Both the position numbers and the translations under genes were made by a program. Of a DNA stretch of 64,000 nucleotides, positions 59,935 through 64,000 are shown piece after piece. The stretch spans positions 6,304,001 through 6,368,000 of the forward strand of contig OZ250169.1 in NCBI GenBank assembly GCA_965237955.1, given 5' to 3'. The stretch's first letter is position 1, and each line of letters opens with the position of its first letter. This DNA is from Candidatus Marinacidobacterales bacterium (GTDB lineage: Bacteria; Acidobacteriota; Vicinamibacteria; Marinacidobacterales; SMYC01). The notes under the pieces are model-generated. The model saw only the letters and a program-made list of their open reading frames with translations. It made no database searches and had not been told where the DNA came from.

Positions 59935-62900
59935 ATGCTGGACAAAGTCATCCGTTGGTCTCTGCAAAACCGCCTGGTCACGCTTTTCGGCGCTGCCGCG
60001 GTATTGGCCGGAGGCCTCTATTCGGCGGTAACGATCCCTATCGATGTCTTCCCGGACTTGACCGCGCCCACGGTGACCGTGCTCACGGAAGCGCACGGCA
60101 TGGCGGCCGAGGAGGTCGAGCTTCTCGTCACCTTCCCCATCGAGACCGCGGTCAACGGCGCCGCCGGCGTGAGGCGGGTGCGCTCGTCGTCCGCTCAAGG
60201 AATCAGCATCGTCTGGGTCGAGTTCGACTGGGGTGAGGACATCTACCGTGCGCGCCAGATCGTAAGTGAGAAGCTTCAGCTTGTCGCCGCCCAGCTCCCC
60301 CGGAGCACGAGCCCACCGGTTCTCGCACCCATCACTTCCATCATGGGTGAGATCTTGCTCGTGGGCCTCACGAGCGAAAGTCTCCCTCCGATGGAGGTAC
60401 GAACCGTCGCCGACTGGGTGGTTAGGAAGCGGCTTCTCGCCATTCCGGGCGTGGCTCAAGTCGTTCCCATCGGAGGAGCGGTGAAGCAGTATCAGGTCCT
60501 GGTTCACCCCGATCGTCTGCGTTCCTACGGTGTGACGCTTTCGGACGTGCTCCGCGCCGCCGAGAGCTCGAACGCCATTGCCTCGGGCGGTGTCTATCTC
60601 GAGAGCGGGCAGGAGATCCTCATCCGGGGCCTAGGCCGCGTTCAGCAGCTCGCGGACATTGAAAAAACGGTGGTGCGCCTCTCGAGCGGCACTCCCGTCC
60701 GTATCGGCGACGTCGCCGACGTTTCGATCGGCGCCAAGCCTCGTTTCGGGACCGCCTCCGTCAACGCCGAGCCTGCCGTCGTCCTTTCTATCCAGAAACA
60801 GCCGAACGCGAACACACTCGAGCTGACGAAGCGGATCGACGAGGAGCTCGACCGGCTGAAGGCGAGCCTCCCCGAGGGGATCGCCATCAACCGGGGGATC
60901 TTCCGGCAAGCCGACTTCATCTCTTTGGCGGTAGACAACGTTTTTGAGGCGCTTCGCGACGGCGCGCTTCTCGTCGTCGTCATCCTGTTCCTCTTCCTCT
61001 GGAACTTCCGCACCACACTGATTTCCATCGTCGCCATCCCGCTGTCGCTCGCTGTCGCCGTCATCACGATGAAGCTCCTCGGAATCACGATCAACACCAT
61101 GACCCTCGGCGGGATGGCGATCGCGATCGGCGCCCTCGTGGACGATGCGATCATCGACGTCGAGAATACCTTCCGCCGCCTGAGGGAGAACCGCCGCCTT
61201 CCGGAGCCAGAGCGCCGGCGGGCTCTCCCCGTCGTTTACGACGCAGCGCGAGAGATTCGTGCTCCCATCGTGAAGGCCACGGTCATTATTTCGATTGTCT
61301 TCGTTCCTCTGTTCTTCCTCTCCGGAGTCGAGGGCTGCATGCTTCAGCCTCTGGGCTTTGCTTACATCGTCAGCATCCTCGCGTCGCTCGGGGTGGCGGT
61401 TACCGTCACGCCGGTCCTCTGTTCGTTCCTGCTTCCCCGAGCAGGTTTCCTCGACCGGGAGCGTGAGAGCTGGCTAGTGGAACGCTTGAAGGGAGTCTAC
61501 GCGCGGACGCTCGCCCTCGTTCTGAAACACCCGACGGCGGTCACGATCGCAGCGGTGCCCTTCGTCGTCGTGACGGTAGCACTCTTCCCGTTCCTGGGTC
61601 GGGGCTTTCTACCGGAGTTCCAGGAGGGAACGCTCACCGTGTCCGCGGTGACCGTGCCGGGAACGGGCATCGTAGAGTCTGACGAGCTCGGGCGGCTGGT
61701 CGAGCGGAAGATGCTAGCGCACCCTGCGGTGGTTTCCACCGCGCGGCGCACAGGGCGAGCCGAGCTCGACGAGCACGCTCAGGGTGTGAACGCCTCCGAG
61801 ATCGACGTTGTCTTGATCAGCGATCTTTCCCAGGCAGAGCTCTCAGACGTCATGGACGAGCTCCGGGTGGAGCTCGCCACCGTTCCCGGAACCAACATCA
61901 CGATGGGTCAGCCGATCGGCCATCGTATCGACCACATGCTCTCCGGCACGCGTGCTGCGATCGCCGTCAAGATCTTCGGGCCCGAGCTGCACGAGCTCCG
62001 CCGGATCGCGGAGGCTGTGAGGACCGCTGTTGAGGACGTGCCCAGAGTAGCCGACCTGGCGGTCGAGCAGCAGGCGGACGTACCCCAACTTCGCATCGCC
62101 GCCGATCGCGACGCCATGAGCAAGTACGGCGTGACTCCGGGGACTCTTGCCGAGGCCATCGATGTAGCCTTCTATGGAGAACCCGTCTCTCAGGTGCTCG
62201 AAGGACAAAACGCCTTCGACCTCGTCGTGCGCTTCGATGCGGAACATCGTGGAAGTGCCGAGAAGATACGGAACACGGTCATCGATACGCCTCTCGGCGC
62301 GAGGGTTGAGCTTGCATGGCTCGCCTAGATCGCGGAGGACCGCGGGCCCAACACGGTCTCCCGGGAGAACGTCCAGAGAAAGATTGTGGTGCAATCGAAC
62401 GTCAGCGGCCGTGACGTGGCGAGCGTGGTCGAGGAATTCCGCGAGAGAATCGACACGAGCATCGAACTTCCCCAGGGCTACTACGTCGAGTACGGCGGCC
62501 AGTTCGAAAGCGGTGAGGCGGCGGCTCGCGCGATCAGCGTTTTATCGGCCGTTTCCATTCTCGCCATCTTCCTGATCCTCTACCAGGAGTTCGGAAGTGC
62601 TAGCACCGCGCTTCTCATCATGGTCAACTTGCCGCTGGCTCTGATCGGCGGTGTAGGGGCGCTTCTCGCATCGGGTGGGGTGCTGAACGTTGCCTCGTTG
62701 GTGGGTTTCATCACCCTGTTCGGCATCGCCGTCAGAAACGGCATTCTTCTCGTTAGCCACTACAATCGCCTGATGGTGGAAGGCGAGCCTCGCCGAGAGG
62801 CGGTCGTCCGGGGCTCCCTCGAGCGGCTGAATCCCATTCTCATGACGGCCTTGACCGCGGCTCTCGCGCTCATTCCACTCGCCATCGGCGGTGGTGAGGC

Positions 62901-63039
62901 AGGAAAGGAGATCCAGTCCCCGATGGCGATCGTGGTGCTAGGAGGACTTTTGAGCTCGGCCGCCCTCAACATGGTCGTGGTGCCCGCTCTTTTCCTTCGC
63001 TATGGGAAGCAGGCGCGAGCCACGGAGGTCCTTGAATGA
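59935..63039 (+). pseudogene. CzcA/NrsA-like divalent-metal RND transporter with in-frame TAG at 62326-62328
   Basis: DVFPDLTAP, LVDDAIIDVEN, GRAELDEH, RNGILL, ERLNPILMT; the reading frame continues unchanged after the TAG. Confidence 0.85.
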
Positions 63040-63129
63040 AGAAGCGCTCGCTAGCGAGGAAGCCGTACTACCCACGAAACACTTGTGCAATGATGCCGGG
63101 CCCTGGCTCGCTTAACAACCATGTGGACA

Positions 63130-63507
63130 GTTGGTGTCAACCGGCGTTGACACTTCCGCGAAACCGCTTTTTCCCTGGAAACCAAGAACTTGTCCGCCCA
63201 GGCCACTCTCGACCCCCGCGCGTGGACGCTCACCGACAACCGCCGTTGACACTCTTCGGCATTCGTGAGCGTCCGCCCCGCCTGAAGTGCTGGCTTCAAG
63301 TCGTTGTGCGTGGTGGCGTTGATGCAGTTCCTCGGCGCTTACCCAAGCTTGGCACGCGCTTCGCCTTCGAACCGCTTTTTGTGCAAGCGGCCACAAAAAC
63401 CCTCATTCCGAAGCCAGAACCGGCGCTGTACCGTCCGAGAAAGCCGCAACTTTCCGACCTGTACCAACTCCTCGAGACCCACTACGATGACATCAAGGCT
63501 CACTGGG
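63130..63507 (+). mobile_element. IS91/ISCR-like element remnant interrupted by IS21
   Basis: YRPRKPQLSDLYQLLETHY resembles IS91-type transposase N-termini; GTGTCAAC-CGGC-GTTGACAC hairpin near 63134. Confidence 0.5.
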
Positions 63508-64000
63508 TGCGTATTCCGGGGCATCGTGAACGCAGATTCCAGCCGAAGGTGAACATCCATTCCAAAGCATCGTGAACACGGATTCCGGGGATCGTGAACA
63601 TCGATTCCGGGGAAGGTGAACACGGATTCCAGGCAACGTGAACGCCGGTTCCGGCATCGCGAACGCTCATCGATAGCACGTTTCAAGGCAACTCTAGGTC
63701 GTACCCGGAAGGAGGACGATCTAGGAAATGGCAGCTAAGAGGTTATCGATGAGAAAAATACGAGAGGTTCTAAGGTTAAAGTACGAGCTGGGTTTTACTC
63801 ACCGCATGATCGCAAAGGCACTTCGCGTGGCGGTTGGAACGGTGAGTGAGTACCTGGCCAAGGCGAAGAAGGGTGGTCTGAGCTGGCCGCTCCCGGAGGA
63901 GCTGAGCGAAGGGGAGCTGGAGGCAGGGCTGTTTCCGCCGCCGGGCTCGTCTGGCGCACGGCCGGGTCTGGACTATGCCCACATCCACGAGGAGCTGAGG
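63508..64000 (+). mobile_element. IS21-family element, left end (runs off the window)
   Basis: TG-start TGCGTATTCC, seven 22-23-bp ATTCC..GTGAAC repeats (63513-63667), then istA. Confidence 0.9.
63728..64000 (+). CDS. istA: IS21 transposase IstA, N-terminal part
   Basis: MAAKRLSMRKIREVLRLK..IAKAL..GTVSEYL..GLSWPLP..LF..DYAHIHEEL. Confidence 0.9.
   Translation, partial: MAAKRLSMRKIREVLRLKYELGFTHRMIAKALRVAVGTVSEYLAKAKKGGLSWPLPEELSEGELEAGLFPPPGSSGARPGLDYAHIHEELR

Noticed and set aside
62326-62328. Pyrrolysine or recoded amber in czcA
   Set aside because: TAG is the normal stop for many genes here (ispH, E1, ACAD, hutH), and no pyl genes are visible.
63036-63575. 179-aa ORF as a real gene
   Set aside because: It is a chimeric read-through of non-coding DNA, an IS91-like fragment and the IS21 end.
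63513-63667. Seven regularly spaced ATTCC..GTGAAC repeats resembling a mini-CRISPR or iteron array
   Set aside because: The period is only 22-23 bp with no unique spacers and no cas genes. The array lies between a TG end and istA, typical of IS21 terminal repeats.

Overview
High-GC bacterial chromosomal window. The kinase-TPR, REC-DUF4388, fused E1 and Mla gene types suggest an Acidobacteriota-like organism; this is inference only. Bases 1-43,065 are mostly core or metabolic genes: CoA transferase, PP2C, mlaDFE-uvrB, ispH, fused 2-oxoacid dehydrogenase E1, acyl-CoA dehydrogenase, aromatic amino-acid decarboxylase, cstA, Ser/Thr kinase, PLP enzymes, a hutH-like lyase, lexA, an RnfD/NqrB-like gene with two DUF2330-like genes, a swivel-first aconitase-family enzyme and ETF-QO. 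Short heptamer and REP-like repeats, a MITE and one ISL3 are interspersed. About 43,300-63,040 is a heavy-metal island: TolC + multicopper oxidase + Cys-rich lipoprotein, then cusCBA, then a czcCBA-like operon with an internal amber stop. The island holds a second ISL3 and an IS1 remnant and is followed by an IS91-like remnant interrupted by IS21. Top candidate novel system: neither divergent RND efflux operon has a transcriptional regulator in the window, but each is headed by a small, apparently leaderless, export-targeted ORF with a metal-ligand-rich core and a C-terminal proline arrest-type motif. The His-rich ORF ending in RAPP precedes czc; the Cys-rich ORF with RGSPP precedes cus. Each is followed by RNA elements that could sequester the TolC ribosome-binding site, suggesting metal-sensing arrest-peptide attenuators. 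Many single-base frameshifts look like long-read assembly errors. No rRNA, tRNA or CRISPR array was seen.
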